A DNA stretch of 64,000 nt from Escherichia coli (GTDB lineage: Bacteria > Pseudomonadota > Gammaproteobacteria > Enterobacterales > Enterobacteriaceae). The stretch is from NCBI RefSeq assembly GCF_003334335.1, contig NZ_QOWQ01000026.1; one strand, given 5' to 3'. Under the pieces are notes generated by a model, which saw only the letters and a list, made by a program, of their open reading frames with translations, had not been told where the DNA came from and did no database searches. This document shows, piece after piece, positions 49,205-63,062 of the stretch (position 1 is its first letter; each line of letters opens with the position of its first letter). The position numbers were made by a program, and so were the translations under genes.

Positions 49205-50647
49205 ATGTCCAGAAGGCTTCGCAGAACAAAAATCGTTACCACGTTAGGCCCAGCAACAGATCGCGATAATAATCTTGAAAAAGTTATCGCGGCGGGTGCC
49301 AACGTTGTACGTATGAACTTTTCTCACGGCTCGCCTGAAGATCACAAAATGCGCGCGGATAAAGTTCGTGAGATTGCCGCAAGACTGGGGCGTCATGTGG
49401 CTATTCTGGGTGACCTCCAGGGGCCCAAAATCCGTGTATCCACCTTTAAAGAAGGCAAAGTTTTCCTCAATATTGGGGATAAATTCCTGCTCGACGCCAA
49501 CCTGGGTAAAGGTGAAGGCGACAAAGAAAAAGTCGGTATCGACTACAAAGGCCTGCCTGCTGACGTTGTGCCTGGCGACATCCTGCTGCTGGACGATGGT
49601 CGCGTTCAGTTAAAAGTACTGGAAGTTCAGGGCATGAAAGTGTTCACCGAAGTGACCGTCGGTGGTCCCCTCTCCAACAATAAAGGTATCAACAAACTTG
49701 GCGGCGGTTTGTCGGCTGAAGCGCTGACCGAAAAAGACAAAGCAGACATTAAGACTGCGGCGTTGATTGGCGTAGATTACCTGGCTGTCTCCTTCCCACG
49801 CTGCGGCGAAGATCTGAACTATGCCCGTCGCCTGGCACGCGATGCAGGATGTGATGCGAAAATTGTTGCCAAGGTTGAACGTGCGGAAGCCGTTTGCAGC
49901 CAGGATGCAATGGATGACATCATCCTCGCCTCTGACGTGGTAATGGTTGCACGTGGCGACCTCGGTGTGGAAATTGGCGACCCGGAACTGGTCGGCATTC
50001 AGAAAGCGTTGATCCGTCGTGCGCGTCAGCTAAACCGAGCGGTAATCACGGCGACCCAGATGATGGAGTCAATGATTACTAACCCGATGCCGACGCGTGC
50101 AGAAGTCATGGACGTAGCAAACGCCGTTCTGGATGGTACTGACGCTGTGATGCTGTCTGCAGAAACTGCCGCAGGGCAGTATCCGTCAGAAACTGTTGCA
50201 GCCATGGCGCGCGTTTGCCTGGGTGCGGAAAAAATCCCGAGCATCAACGTTTCTAAACACCGTCTGGACGTTCAGTTCGACAATGTGGAAGAAGCTATTG
50301 CCATGTCAGCAATGTACGCAGCTAACCACCTGAAAGGCGTTACGGCGATTATTACCATGACCGAATCGGGTCGTACCGCGCTGATGACCTCCCGTATCAG
50401 CTCTGGTCTACCAATTTTCGCCATGTCGCGCCATGAACGTACGCTGAACCTGACTGCTCTCTATCGTGGCGTTACGCCGGTGCACTTTGATAGCGCTAAT
50501 GACGGCGTAGCAGCTGCCAGCGAAGCGGTTAATCTGCTGCGCGATAAAGGTTACTTGATGTCTGGTGACCTGGTGATTGTCACCCAGGGCGACGTGATGA
50601 GTACCGTGGGTTCTACTAATACCACGCGTATTTTAACGGTAGAGTAA
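49205..50647 (+). CDS. pykA: Pyruvate kinase II
   Basis: ORF track 49064..50647 trimmed to the ATG at 49205 ([19 protein letters not shown]..., 480 aa). Confidence 0.95.
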   Translation: MSRRLRRTKIVTTLGPATDRDNNLEKVIAAGANVVRMNFSHGSPEDHKMRADKVREIAARLGRHVAILGDLQGPKIRVSTFKEGKVFLNIGDKFLLDANLGKGEGDKEKVGIDYKGLPADVVPGDILLLDDGRVQLKVLEVQGMKVFTEVTVGGPLSNNKGINKLGGGLSAEALTEKDKADIKTAALIGVDYLAVSFPRCGEDLNYARRLARDAGCDAKIVAKVERAEAVCSQDAMDDIILASDVVMVARGDLGVEIGDPELVGIQKALIRRARQLNRAVITATQMMESMITNPMPTRAEVMDVANAVLDGTDAVMLSAETAAGQYPSETVAAMARVCLGAEKIPSINVSKHRLDVQFDNVEEAIAMSAMYAANHLKGVTAIITMTESGRTALMTSRISSGLPIFAMSRHERTLNLTALYRGVTPVHFDSANDGVAAASEAVNLLRDKGYLMSGDLVIVTQGDVMSTVGSTNTTRILTVE

Positions 50648-50653
50648 GTACGT

Positions 50654-50690
50654 TGCCGGATGCGGCGAAAACGCCACATCCGGCCTACAG
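50654..50690. repeat. REP (repetitive extragenic palindromic) element downstream of pykA
   Basis: gccggatgcggcgaaaacgccacatccggcctacag, a typical enterobacterial REP palindrome. Confidence 0.8.
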
Positions 50691-50754
50691 TTCAATGATA
50701 GTTCAACAGATTTCGAATATTCTGAAGCAAACTTGAACTTATCATCAGGCGAAG

Positions 50755-50779
50755 GCCTCTCCTCGCGAGAGGCTTTTTT
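50755..50779 (+). terminator. Intrinsic terminator (pykA side) abutting the lpxM stop codon
   Basis: gcctctc-ctcgc-gagaggc followed by tttttt. Confidence 0.75.
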
Positions 50780-51749
50780 ATTTGATGGGATAAAGATCTT
50801 TGCGCTTATACGGCTGGATTTCGCCCGGTTTGCGAGTTTTCAGCAATTTTAGTATCCAGGTGTATTGTTCTGGTCGCGGACCAACAAAAATCTCGACTTC
50901 TTCATTCATCCGCCGCGCAATCGTATGATCATCCGCCTCTAACAGATCATCCATCGGTGGGCGCACCTGAATCGTCAGACGATGCGTCTTGCCATCATAA
51001 ATCGGAAACAGCGGTACAACGCGCGCACGGCACACTTTCATCAAACGACCAATCGCGGGCAACGTCGCTTTATAGGTGGCAAAGAAATCCACAAATTCGC
51101 TGTGCTCTGGGCCATGATCCTGATCGGGTAAATAATATCCCCAGTACCCCTGACGTACCGACTGGATGAATGGTTTAATACCGTCATTTCTCGCATGCAG
51201 ACGACCGCCAAAGCGACGACGCACCGTGTTCCAGACATAATCAAAAACCGGGTTGCCCTGATTATGGAACATCGCTGCCATTTTCTGCCCTTGCGAGGCC
51301 ATCAGCATGGCAGGGATATCGACGGCCCAACCGTGCGGCACCAGAAAGATAACTTTCTCGTTATTACGCCGCATCTCTTCGATGATCTCCAGCCCTTGCC
51401 AGTCAACGCGCGGCTGAATTTTCTCCGGCCCGCGTATTGCCAACTCAGCCATCATTGCCATCGCTTGCGGCGCGGTGGCAAACATCTCATCAACAATCGC
51501 TTCGCGTTCAGCTTCACTACGTTCTGGAAAGCAGAGCGACAAATTGATTAACGCACGACGGCGTGAGCTTTTTCCCAGTCGTCCGGCAAAACGTCCCAGC
51601 CGTGCCAGAATGGGATCACGGAACTTTGGCGGCGTTAAAGCGATACCCGCCATCGCTGCTACGCCCAGCCATGCTCCCCAGTAGCGCGGGTGGCGAAAGG
51701 ATTTATCAAACTCAGGAATGTATTCGCTATTATTTTTTTTCGTTTCCAT
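50778..51749 (-). CDS. lpxM: Lipid A biosynthesis myristoyltransferase LpxM (MsbB)
   Basis: ORF track 323 aa; HtrB/MsbB acyltransferase family. Confidence 0.93.
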
Positions 51750-51822
51750 GCTTTTCCAGTTTCGGATAAGGCAAAAATCAATCTGGTGATAGTGTAGCGG
51801 CGCAACTTGCCCCGCACCAAAT

Positions 51823-51852
51823 AAAAAAAGCCGGTACTGACTGCGTACCGGC
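51823..51852 (-). terminator. Intrinsic terminator downstream of mepM
   Basis: gccggtac-tgactgc-gtaccggc; minus-strand read followed by TTTTTTT. Confidence 0.8.
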
Positions 51853-51868
51853 TGCGAATGGATGTTAA

Positions 51869-53191
51869 TTAATCAAACCGTAGCTGCGGCACAATCTCTT
51901 TGGCCTGCGCCAGGAATTCGCGACGATCGGAGCCGGTCAGCCCTTCGGTACGCGGCAGTTTTGCCGTCAGCGGGTTTACGGCCTGCTGGTTTATCCATAC
52001 TTCATAGTGCAGATGCGGCCCGGTTGAACGTCCGGTATTACCGGAAAGCGCGATACGGTCGCCACGTTTCACCTTCTGTCCCGGTTTCACCAGAATCTTG
52101 CGCAAGTGCATATAACGCGTGGTGTAGCTGCGACCATGACGAATAGCCACATAATAACCTGCTGCGCCACTGCGTTTGGCAACCACCACTTCACCGTCAC
52201 CCACTGAAAGCACTGGCGTACCCTGCGGCATGGCGAAATCAACACCTCTGTGTGGTGCAACGCGACCGGTCACCGGATTAGTACGACGCGGGTTAAAGTT
52301 AGACGAGATACGGAACTGTTTCGCCGTCGGGAATCGCAAGAATCCTTTCGCCAGACCAGTACCGTTACGATCGTAGAATTTGCCATCCTCAGCGCGGATT
52401 GCGTAATAATCTTTACCTTCTGAACGCAAACGTACGCCCAGCAGCTGGCTTTGCTCACGTTTACCATCAAGCATTTCTCGAGACATTAACACCGCAAATT
52501 CATCGCCTTTTTTCAGTTTGCGGAAATCCATTTGCCACTGCATGGCTTTAATCACTGCGCTCACTTCGGCGCTGGTTAAACCGGCGTTTCTGGCGCTGGC
52601 AACAAAGCTCCCCCCGACGGTACCTTTCAGCAGATTGTTAACCCACTCTCCTTGCTGCATTTCGCTGGTCATTTTAAAACCGTTAGCGGCAGTACGGTCA
52701 TAGGTTCGGGTTTCACGACGAGACACTTCCCAGGTGAGGCGCTGCAGTTCGCCGTCCGCGGTTAATGTCCAGGAGAGTTGTTGACCGATTTTCAGATTAC
52801 GCAATTCTTTGTCGGCCGCAGCCAGTTGGGTGATATCACCCATATCAATACCATACTGATTGAGAATGCTGCTTAGCGTATCGCCAGTTGAAACAACATA
52901 TTCATGCACGCCCGCTTCACCGGCGATTTTGTCATCCAGTTCATCCTGGGGAATGGCTTCATCTTCTTGTGCAGCTTGATCAATCGGCTCACTGGCTTCA
53001 GGTAAGAGTGAACGAATTTCGTTCTGTTCCAGCTCAATGGTTTTGACAATTGGCGTGGCATCGCGGTGATAAACATAGGGCCGCCAGACAGCGACGGCCA
53101 GAGTAAGAACGGTGAGCGACCCCAACATAACGCGGTGTGGTCGCGGTAAATTATTAAACGCCAGGGCGACAGAGCGGGCTATCTGTTGCAC
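51869..53191 (-). CDS. mepM: Murein DD-endopeptidase MepM (YebA), LysM plus M23 peptidase
   Basis: ORF track 440 aa; M23 metallopeptidase motifs (HRGVDF..., HLHYEV) in the C-terminal domain. Confidence 0.93.
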
Positions 53192-53206
53192 GTAATCACT
53201 TCCTCA

Positions 53207-54139
53207 TTAATCTCCTTTCAGGCAGCTCGCATACTGGTTGGCTAATTGACTCAGGAATTCTGAATAGCTTGTTTTACCCAGTTTGATATTCGTCCCCAGG
53301 GGATCCAACGTTCCCATACGAACGGATGTCCCTCGTGCGACGCTCTCAACGACCGCTGGCCTGAACTGTGGCTCAGCAAAAACGCAGGTTGCTTTTTGCT
53401 CAACCAACTGTGTTCTTATTTCATGTAAACGCTGCGCGCCAGGTTGAATCTCAGGGTTAACGGTAAAATGACCAAGCGGTGTCAGTCCAAACTGTTTTTC
53501 GAAATAGCCGTAAGCATCGTGAAAAACGAAATAACCTTTCCCCTTGAGCGGCGCGAGCTCGTTACCAACCTGCGTTTCGGTTGAGGCTAATTGTGCCTCA
53601 AAATCCTTCAGGTTGGCGTCAAGTTTGGCTCGACTTTGCGGCATAAGTTCCACTAATTTTCCATGGATTGCAACCGCTGTAGCCCGCGCTATCTCTGGGG
53701 AAAGCCAAAGATGCATGTTGAAATCGCCGTGATGGTGATCTTCGTCACTTTTTTCCGCGTGGTCGTGATCATCATCATCGCCGTGAATACTTTTCATCAG
53801 TAGCGGTTTCACATCTTCAAGCTGCGCAATCGTTACCTGCTTCGCTTCTGGTAATTTGCTTACCGGTTTTTGCATAAACGCTTCCATCTCCGGGCCAACC
53901 CAAACGACTAAGTCCGCGTTCTGTAAGCGTTTTACATCCGATGGACGCAGTGAATAATCATGTTCTGAAGCGCCGTCAGGCAGTAAAACCTCCGTTTCTG
54001 TTACACCATCAGCAATGGCAGAAGCGATGAACCCAACGGGTTTAAGCGAAGCGACAACGGCGGCATCTGCGGCCTGTGTTGCACCTCCCCAGAGAGCGGC
54101 GGATAATGCTGCGAAAAGAAGCGTTTTTTTATGTAACAT
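53207..54139 (-). CDS. znuA: High-affinity zinc ABC transporter periplasmic binding protein ZnuA
   Basis: ORF track 53207..54265 trimmed to the ATG at 54139 ([23 protein letters not shown]..., 310 aa); His/Asp-rich loop [21 protein letters not shown]. Confidence 0.93.
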   Translation of the reverse strand: MLHKKTLLFAALSAALWGGATQAADAAVVASLKPVGFIASAIADGVTETEVLLPDGASEHDYSLRPSDVKRLQNADLVVWVGPEMEAFMQKPVSKLPEAKQVTIAQLEDVKPLLMKSIHGDDDDHDHAEKSDEDHHHGDFNMHLWLSPEIARATAVAIHGKLVELMPQSRAKLDANLKDFEAQLASTETQVGNELAPLKGKGYFVFHDAYGYFEKQFGLTPLGHFTVNPEIQPGAQRLHEIRTQLVEQKATCVFAEPQFRPAVVESVARGTSVRMGTLDPLGTNIKLGKTSYSEFLSQLANQYASCLKGD

Positions 54140-54167
54140 AATGCGACCAATCATCGTAATGAATATG

Positions 54168-54192
54168 AGAAGTGTGATATTATAACATTTCA
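54168..54192. promoter_or_regulatory. Zur box in the divergent znuA / znuCB promoter
   Basis: gagaagtgtgatattataacatttc is an AT-rich palindrome resembling the Zur consensus, between divergently transcribed znuA and znuC. Confidence 0.75.
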
Positions 54193-54217
54193 TGACTACT
54201 GCAAGACTAAAATTAAC

Positions 54218-54973
54218 ATGACAAGTCTGGTTTCCCTGGAAAATGTCTCGGTTTCTTTTGGCCAACGCCGCGTCCTCTCTGATGTGTCGCTGGAACTTAA
54301 ACCTGGAAAAATTTTGACTTTACTTGGGCCAAATGGCGCAGGTAAGTCGACACTGGTACGGGTAGTGCTCGGGCTGGTAACACCCGATGAAGGGGGTATC
54401 AAGCGCAACGGAAAACTGCGCATCGGCTATGTACCGCAGAAGCTGTATCTCGACACCACGTTGCCACTGACCGTAAACCGTTTTTTACGCTTACGCCCTG
54501 GTACACATAAAGAAGATATTTTGCCTGCACTGAAACGTGTCCAGGCCGGGCACCTGATTAACGCACCGATGCAAAAGCTCTCTGGTGGCGAAACGCAGCG
54601 TGTACTGTTAGCGCGAGCATTGTTAAATCGCCCGCAATTATTAGTGCTGGATGAACCCACTCAAGGCGTGGATGTAAATGGCCAGGTGGCGTTATATGAC
54701 CTTATTGACCAACTGCGTCGTGAACTGGATTGTGGCGTTTTAATGGTTTCTCACGATCTGCATCTGGTGATGGCAAAAACCGATGAAGTGCTGTGCCTGA
54801 ATCACCACATTTGTTGTTCCGGCACACCGGAAGTTGTTTCCCTGCATCCGGAGTTTATTTCAATGTTTGGTCCTCGTGGTGCTGAACAACTGGGTATCTA
54901 TCGCCATCATCATAACCATCGTCACGATTTACAGGGACGAATTGTTTTGCGTCGGGGAAATGATCGCTCATGA
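54218..54973 (+). CDS. znuC: Zinc ABC transporter ATP-binding protein ZnuC
   Basis: ORF track 251 aa; Walker [10 protein letters not shown], signature LSGGETQR, Walker B LLVLDEP. Confidence 0.95.
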   Translation: MTSLVSLENVSVSFGQRRVLSDVSLELKPGKILTLLGPNGAGKSTLVRVVLGLVTPDEGGIKRNGKLRIGYVPQKLYLDTTLPLTVNRFLRLRPGTHKEDILPALKRVQAGHLINAPMQKLSGGETQRVLLARALLNRPQLLVLDEPTQGVDVNGQVALYDLIDQLRRELDCGVLMVSHDLHLVMAKTDEVLCLNHHICCSGTPEVVSLHPEFISMFGPRGAEQLGIYRHHHNHRHDLQGRIVLRRGNDRS

Positions 54974-55755
54974 TTGAATTATTATTTCCCGGTTGGTTAG
55001 CCGGGATCATGCTCGCCTGTGCCGCGGGTCCGCTGGGTTCGTTTGTAGTCTGGCGTCGTATGTCTTATTTCGGTGATACGCTGGCTCATGCCTCATTACT
55101 TGGTGTCGCGTTTGGTTTGTTGCTGGACGTGAATCCATTCTATGCGGTGATTGCCGTTACGCTGCTGCTGGCGGGCGGTCTGGTATGGCTGGAGAAGCGT
55201 CCACAGCTGGCGATCGACACGTTATTAGGGATTATGGCGCACAGTGCCCTGTCGCTGGGCCTGGTGGTCGTTAGTCTGATGTCTAATATTCGTGTTGATT
55301 TGATGGCTTACCTGTTCGGTGATTTGCTGGCAGTGACGCCAGAAGATCTCATCTCTATTGCGATTGGCGTGGTCATCGTGGTGGCTATTTTGTTCTGGCA
55401 ATGGCGCAATTTGCTGTCGATGACGATTAGCCCGGATCTGGCGTTTGTTGATGGTGTGAAATTACAGCGCGTGAAATTGTTGTTGATGCTGGTGACGGCA
55501 TTGACGATTGGTGTAGCGATGAAATTTGTCGGCGCGTTGATTATTACTTCGTTGCTGATTATTCCTGCAGCTACTGCGCGTCGCTTTGCCCGCACGCCGG
55601 AACAGATGGCTGGTGTCGCTGTTTTGGTGGGGATGGTGGCAGTAACTGGCGGTTTAACCTTTTCCGCATTTTACGATACGCCGGCTGGTCCGTCGGTGGT
55701 GCTATGTGCGGCACTGTTATTTATTCTCAGTATGATGAAAAAGCAGGCCAGCTAA
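54970..55755 (+). CDS. znuB: Zinc ABC transporter permease ZnuB
   Basis: ORF track 261 aa; start overlaps znuC stop (ATGA). Confidence 0.95.
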   Translation: MIELLFPGWLAGIMLACAAGPLGSFVVWRRMSYFGDTLAHASLLGVAFGLLLDVNPFYAVIAVTLLLAGGLVWLEKRPQLAIDTLLGIMAHSALSLGLVVVSLMSNIRVDLMAYLFGDLLAVTPEDLISIAIGVVIVVAILFWQWRNLLSMTISPDLAFVDGVKLQRVKLLLMLVTALTIGVAMKFVGALIITSLLIIPAATARRFARTPEQMAGVAVLVGMVAVTGGLTFSAFYDTPAGPSVVLCAALLFILSMMKKQAS

Positions 55756-55773
55756 TCTATCGCTGAACACATT

Positions 55774-56915
<1,142 letters not shown>

Positions 56916-56920
56916 TTACC

Positions 56921-57532
56921 TCATAACGCGGCGCGTAGGGCTTCGCGAATTAATGTTTCACTGCTGGCGTCAGGGCGAGCGATTTTGCTCACCATGCGGC
57001 TGGCTTCTTGTGGTTTATAGCCCAGCGCCACCAGCGCAGCAACCGCTTCCTGTTCAGCATCGTTGGTTGCCGGGCTGGCAGGCGACGTGAGCACCAGATC
57101 GGCGGCTGGCGTAAAGAGATCGCCATGCAGACCTTTAAATCGATCTTTCATTTCGACAATCAAGCGTTCTGCGGTTTTTTTGCCAATACCCGGCAGTTTC
57201 ACCAGCGCCCCCACTTCTTCACGCTCAACGGCATTAACGAACTGCTGCGCTGACATTCCGGAGAGGATCGCCAGCGCCAACTTCGGGCCGACGCCGTTGG
57301 TTTTGATCAACTCTTTGAACAACGTGCGCTCTTGTTTATTGTTAAAACCGTACAGCAGCTGCGCGTCTTCACGCACCACAAAGTGGGTGAAAACGATCGC
57401 TTCCTGTCCCGCTTCAGGGAGTTCATAAAAACAGGTCATCGGCATATGCACTTCATAGCCTACGCCGCCCACTTCAATTAACACCAGCGGGGGTTGTTTT
57501 TCAATGATGATGCCTCTGAGTCTGCCTATCAC
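56921..57532 (-). CDS. ruvA: Holliday junction DNA-binding protein RuvA
   Basis: ORF track 203 aa. Confidence 0.97.
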   Translation of the reverse strand: MIGRLRGIIIEKQPPLVLIEVGGVGYEVHMPMTCFYELPEAGQEAIVFTHFVVREDAQLLYGFNNKQERTLFKELIKTNGVGPKLALAILSGMSAQQFVNAVEREEVGALVKLPGIGKKTAERLIVEMKDRFKGLHGDLFTPAADLVLTSPASPATNDAEQEAVAALVALGYKPQEASRMVSKIARPDASSETLIREALRAAL

Positions 57533-57583
57533 ATGACGCTCCTGCGTAATGAATCAAAGATAATGCTGTATGATAAAAAAATG

Positions 57584-57599
57584 CTGGATAGATATCCAG
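57584..57599. promoter_or_regulatory. LexA (SOS) box of the ruvAB promoter
   Basis: ctgg-atagatat-ccag palindrome ~50 bp upstream of the ruvA ATG (CTG-N10-CAG class). Confidence 0.8.
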
Positions 57600-57807
57600 C
57601 GAAGGATGAAGAAAACTTGCGAGGTGTCTCGATGATCTGAAAAATGGCACAGTATAATTTATTCTACAGGTTATTTTGGAAGCAAATATTTTAATATTAC
57701 ATATTCAGTGAAAAAATGCGTAATAAAAATATACATTGCGCCTCCTGAAAAAAATAAATTTTTTATGCTATTACGTATATTCGTATCTATTTCAATGGAA
57801 TGACAAC

Positions 57808-58410
57808 GTGAATATTAATTACCCTGCTGAATATGAAATTGGAGATATCGTCTTTACATGTATAGGTGCTGCCTTATTTGGTCAAATATCAGCTGCATCA
57901 AATTGTTGGAGTAATCACGTCGGGATCATTATCGGTCATAACGGTGAAGACTTCCTGGTTGCAGAAAGCCGGGTCCCCCTTTCAACCATCACCACGCTAT
58001 CTCGTTTTATTAAACGTTCGTCTAATCAACGCTATGCTATAAAGCGATTAGACGCTGGGCTGACAGAACAACAAAAACAACGAATTGTTGAACAGATTCC
58101 CTCCCGGCTACGCAAACTCTACCACACCGGTTTTAAATACGAATCTTCGCGCCAGTTCTGTTCAAAATTTGTCTTTGATATTTATAAAGAGGCGCTATGT
58201 ATTCCGGTGGGTGAAATAGAGACGTTTGGAGAACTGTTAAATAGCAATCCGAATGCAAAACTCACTTTCTGGAAATTCTGGTTCCTAGGTTCTATTCCGT
58301 GGGAGCGTAAAACCGTCACGCCAGCCAGTTTGTGGCATCATCCGGGTTTGGTGTTGATTCATGCGGAGGGAGTGGAAACGCCTCAGCCGGAACTGACCGA
58401 GGCGGTATAA
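57808..58410 (+). CDS. yebB: Uncharacterized protein YebB (DUF830)
   Basis: ORF track 57736..58410; recalled protein is ~200 aa, so start placed at GTG 57808 ([16 protein letters not shown]...); start uncertain. Confidence 0.7.
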   Translation: MNINYPAEYEIGDIVFTCIGAALFGQISAASNCWSNHVGIIIGHNGEDFLVAESRVPLSTITTLSRFIKRSSNQRYAIKRLDAGLTEQQKQRIVEQIPSRLRKLYHTGFKYESSRQFCSKFVFDIYKEALCIPVGEIETFGELLNSNPNAKLTFWKFWFLGSIPWERKTVTPASLWHHPGLVLIHAEGVETPQPELTEAV

Positions 58411-58411
58411 C

Positions 58412-58933
58412 TTAACGCAGTCGCCCTCTCGCCAGGTTCAGCCGCGATTCGCTCATCTGCATCGCATTCTGACTGACGTGACAATGGGTAATCGCGATAG
58501 CTAACGCATCGGCGGCATCCGCCTGTGGATTAGCGGGCAGTTTCAGCAAGGTGCGGACCATATGCTGCACCTGGCTTTTTTCGGCACTACCAATACCTAC
58601 CACCGTTTGCTTTACCTGACGTGCCGCGTATTCAAATACCGGCAATTCCTGATTCACCGCCGCAACAATCGCCACGCCGCGCGCCTGGCCCAGTTTCAGG
58701 GCTGAGTCAGCGTTCTTCGCCATAAAGACTTGTTCAATGGCGAAATAATCAGGCTGGAACTGGGTGATGATTTCCGTCACGCCCGCATAGATGAGCTTCA
58801 GACGAGACGGTAAATCATCCACTTTGGTGCGTATGCATCCGCTACCCAGGTAGGACAGTTGCCTGCCTACCTGGCGAATTACGCCATAGCCGGTCACGCG
58901 CGAACCCGGATCAATGCCGAGAATAATAGCCAT
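58412..58933 (-). CDS. ruvC: Crossover junction endodeoxyribonuclease RuvC
   Basis: ORF track 58412..58936; recalled protein starts [17 protein letters not shown] (173 aa). Confidence 0.95.
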
Positions 58934-58967
58934 CACGCGTCTCCGTTTTGCTGTTTAGCAGGCCTCA

Positions 58968-59708
58968 TCAGAGAGTCGCTGCGACCTCATCAGAGATTTC
59001 ACCGTTATGGTAAACTTCCTGCACGTCGTCGCAATCTTCCAGCATATCGATCAGACGCATCAGTTTCGGTGCGGTTTCTGCATCCATATCAGCTTTGGTG
59101 GACGGGATCATGGAAACTTCCGCGCTGTCTGCTTTCAGACCTGCCGCTTCCAGAGCGTCGCGCACTTTACCCATTTCTTCCCATGCAGTGTAGACATCAA
59201 TCGCGCCGTCATCATAGGTCACAACGTCTTCAGCACCTGCTTCCAGAGCTGCTTCCATGATGGTGTCTTCATCGCCTTTCTCGAAGGAGATCACGCCTTT
59301 TTTGCTGAACAGATAGGCTACGGAACCATCTGTACCGAGGTTACCGCCACATTTGCTGAATGCATGACGCACTTCAGCAACGGTACGGTTGCGGTTGTCA
59401 GACAGACATTCAATCATGATTGCCGTGCCGCCAGGACCGTAACCTTCGTAGATGATGGTTTCCATGTTTGCATCATCATCACCGCCCACACCACGTGCAA
59501 TTGCGCGGTTCAGTGTGTCACGGGTCATGTTGTTAGACAGTGCTTTATCCACCGCCGCACGCAGACGCGGGTTAGCGTCCGGATCGCCACCGCCCAGCTT
59601 AGCCGCGGTTACCAGCTCACGAATGATTTTAGTGAAGATTTTACCGCGCTTAGCATCCTGCGCAGCTTTACGATGTCTGGTGTTGGCCCATTTACTATGA
59701 CCTGCCAT
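58968..59708 (-). CDS. yebC: YebC/PmpR-family protein (DNA-binding regulator / translation-associated factor)
   Basis: ORF track 58968..59876 trimmed to the ATG at 59708 ([27 protein letters not shown]..., 246 aa). Confidence 0.92.
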
Positions 59709-59736
59709 AAAAATATCTCCAGATAGCCCTGCCTGT

Positions 59737-60189
59737 TCAGGCAGCGTTAATGACAAACTGTTCAATCGCCTGCCGGTTGCTCCAGGACTTAGTGAGCGCC
59801 GCCGCAGCAGGCGCATCAAGCCACTTGTAAGCCAGATGTTCAGTGAAAACGATCTGCCGCTCGTGCGGAAGCGCAAGACAGAACCATGATTCCGTATTAC
59901 GCGTCACGCCCGGCGCATAGCGATGACGTAAATGTGAAAAAATTTCAAACTCTACCGTGCGCTGACAGTCAATTAAGGTCAGTTGTTCAGCGACAACATC
60001 AATGGTGACCTCTTCCTTTACTTCGCGCATGGCAGCTTGCGGCGCGGTTTCACCCTCTTCCACGCTGCCGGTTACCGACTGCCAGAAATCGGGATCGTCA
60101 CGCCGCTGCAACATCAGCACCCGTTTCGTATCTTGTGCATAGATGACCACTAAGATCGAAACGGGACGCTTATACACTTTATCCTTCAC
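59737..60189 (-). CDS. nudB: Dihydroneopterin triphosphate pyrophosphatase NudB (Nudix)
   Basis: ORF track 59737..60246 trimmed to GTG 60189 ((M)[17 protein letters not shown]..., 150 aa); Nudix box [21 protein letters not shown]. Confidence 0.88.
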
Positions 60190-60306
60190 GCTGCCTCTTC
60201 GTTGACTGCCTTCGCTCATCCCATTCACATAGTTATCTATGCTCATGGGAGTTCACTCAGTTGCCGCCTTGATGCAACGCGAATGATTTCGTGTATTTGA
60301 GTCATA

Positions 60307-62079
60307 TCAGTTATTCTCAGCCTTCTTCACAACCTGAATGCTCAGCTCAGCCAGTGCAGTCGGGTTAGCAAAGCTCGGTGCTTCAGTCATCAGACACGCT
60401 GCCGCCGTGGTTTTCGGGAAGGCGATAACGTCACGGATATTGTCGGTGCCGGTCAGCAGCATGGTCAGACGGTCAAGACCGAATGCCAGACCTGCGTGCG
60501 GCGGAGTACCGTATTTCAGAGCGTCGAGCAGGAAGCCGAATTTCTCGCGCTGTTCCTCTTCGTTGATACCCAGAATACCAAACACCGTCTGCTGCATATC
60601 ACCATTATGGATACGTACTGAACCACCGCCCACTTCGTAACCATTGATGACCATATCGTAAGCGTTCGCCACCGCATTTTCCGGTGCAGCTTTCAGTTCT
60701 GCAGCAGTCATGTCTTTCGGTGAGGTGAACGGATGGTGCATTGCCGTCAGGCCGCCTTCACCGTCGTCTTCAAACATCGGGAAGTCGATAACCCACAGCG
60801 GTGCCCATTTGCTTTCGTCGGTCAGACCAAGGTCTTTACCCACTTTCAGGCGCAGTGCGCCCATCGCGTCGGCAACAATTTTCTTGTTGTCGGCACCGAA
60901 GAAAATCATATCGCCATCTTGCGCGGCAGTACGATCCAGGATGGCTTCGATGATTTCTGCATTAAGGAACTTCGCTACCGGGCTGTTGATACCTTCCAGA
61001 CCTTTCGCGCGTTCGTTAACTTTGATGTAAGCCAGACCTTTCGCGCCGTAGATTTTAACGAAGTTACCGTATTCGTCGATCTGCTTACGGGTCAGCGATG
61101 CGCCGCCCGGAACGCGCAGAGCGGCAACGCGACCTTTCGGATCGTTCGCCGGACCTGCAAATACTGCAAACTCAACAGATTTCAGCAGATCAGCAACGTC
61201 GGTCAGTTCCATCGGGTTACGCAGATCCGGTTTATCAGAACCATAACGGCGTTCTGCTTCCGCAAAGGTCATTACCGGGAAATCGCCCAGATCCACGCCC
61301 TTCACTTCCAGCCACAAATGACGCACCAGCGCTTCCATCACTTCACGCACTTGCGGCGCGGTCATGAAAGAAGTTTCCACATCGATCTGAGTAAATTCAG
61401 GCTGACGATCAGCGCGCAGGTCTTCGTCACGGAAGCATTTAACGATCTGATAGTAACGGTCAAAACCGGACATCATCAGCAGCTGTTTGAACAACTGTGG
61501 GGATTGCGGCAGTGCGTAGAATTTACCTTTGTGCACACGAGAAGGCACCAGGTAGTCACGCGCGCCTTCCGGCGTGGCTTTGGTCAGCATCGGAGTTTCG
61601 ATGTCGAGGAAGCCGTGGTCATCCATAAAACGGCGCACCAGGCTGGTGATTTTAGCGCGGGTTTTCAGGCGCTGAGCCATTTCCGGACGACGCAGGTCGA
61701 GGTAGCGGTATTTCAGACGCGCTTCTTCGGTGTTGACGTGGTTAGAGTCAAGCGGCAGAACATCTGCGCGGTTGATGATAGTCAGCGAGGACGCCAGCAC
61801 TTCGATTTCGCCGGTCGCCATATCGCGGTTAATATTTTTTTCGTCACGCGCACGTACGGTGCCCGTGACCTGAATGCAGAACTCATTACGCAGTTCAGAG
61901 GCCAGCTTTAACGCGTCCGCACGATCCGGATCGAAAAATACCTGCACGATACCTTCGCGGTCGCGCATATCGATGAAGATCAGGCTACCAAGATCACGAC
62001 GACGGTTGACCCAACCACACAGAGTCACCTGCTGCCCCACGTGGGACAAACGGAGCTGTCCACAATATTCTGTACGCAT
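60307..62079 (-). CDS. aspS: Aspartate--tRNA ligase
   Basis: ORF track 590 aa; class II aaRS motifs and N-terminal OB anticodon-binding domain. Confidence 0.97.
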
Positions 62080-62388
62080 GAGATATCCCTTAACTTAGCT
62101 GCCGGCGGATGCCCCCTGCTGCGCAGGTGACCAAGTCGCAGCGTTAGCTGTATGTCACAACTGAATGAAAAAAGGCGGCTATTATACTGGAAATTCTGCC
62201 GCACCGTAAGAGCCTGGCCCGCGCTGGAACGCCTCGTTACCACTTTATATCGGGCCTGAAATCAGACTCTACGCCAGTTTGCTATAAAGGTGTTGCCCGA
62301 ACTCATAAAAATTAACAAAATTTGTCGTTCCGCAATCGGCTAATCGCATTAAGGTGTGAGGCACGATTTTGTTTTTTCAGGAGTCAGC

Positions 62389-62955
62389 ATGCTTGAACTT
62401 AATGCTAAAACCACTGCGTTGGTGGTGATCGATTTACAAGAAGGCATCTTACCTTTTGCCGGTGGTCCACATACTGCCGATGAGGTAGTTAATCGCGCCG
62501 GGAAGCTGGCGGCGAAATTTCGCGCCAGCGGTCAGCCCGTGTTTCTGGTGCGAGTTGGCTGGTCTGTCGATTACGCCGAAGCATTAAAACAGCCGGTTGA
62601 TGCCCCCTCCCCCGCTAAAGTGTTGCCCGAAAACTGGTGGCAACATCCAGCTGCATTAGGTGCAACTGACAGTGATATCGAAATCATCAAACGTCAGTGG
62701 GGTGCGTTTTACGGTACGGATCTGGAGTTGCAACTGCGCCGCCGAGGTATCGATACAATAGTGTTATGTGGGATCTCGACCAATATCGGTGTTGAATCCA
62801 CCGCCCGCAATGCCTGGGAACTTGGCTTTAATCTGGTGATTGCCGAAGACGCCTGTAGTGCCGCCAGCGCCGAGCAACACAATAACAGCATTAATCATAT
62901 CTACCCGCGCATCGCCCGTGTGCGTAGCGTGGAAGAGATCCTTCACGCGTTATGA
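62389..62955 (+). CDS. yecD: Isochorismatase-family hydrolase YecD
   Basis: ORF track 62356..62955 trimmed to the ATG at 62389 ([17 protein letters not shown]..., 188 aa). Confidence 0.88.
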   Translation: MLELNAKTTALVVIDLQEGILPFAGGPHTADEVVNRAGKLAAKFRASGQPVFLVRVGWSVDYAEALKQPVDAPSPAKVLPENWWQHPAALGATDSDIEIIKRQWGAFYGTDLELQLRRRGIDTIVLCGISTNIGVESTARNAWELGFNLVIAEDACSAASAEQHNNSINHIYPRIARVRSVEEILHAL

Positions 62956-63062
62956 TTTACATCGGTCTACCGCAATGGTCGCATCCTAAATGGGTGCGGT
63001 TGGGGATCACCAGCCTTGAAGAGTATGCCCGCCACTTTAACTGCGTGATACGGGATTTTTAA
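62952..63062 (+). pseudogene. yecE: yecE (DUF72) 5' fragment: first ~32 codons intact, then sequence diverges and hits a stop after 4 foreign codons
   Basis: ATG overlaps yecD stop (ATGA). Translation [32 protein letters not shown] matches the YecE N-terminus as I recall it, then IRDF* instead of the expected EVNTTFY...; no long ORF follows. Confidence 0.75.

Noticed and set aside
60733-61911. 392-aa plus-strand ORF
   Set aside because: Lies entirely antisense to aspS, whose minus-strand reading is a complete, highly conserved class II aminoacyl-tRNA synthetase; the antisense frame is low-complexity (R/H/F/Q-rich) with no start context.
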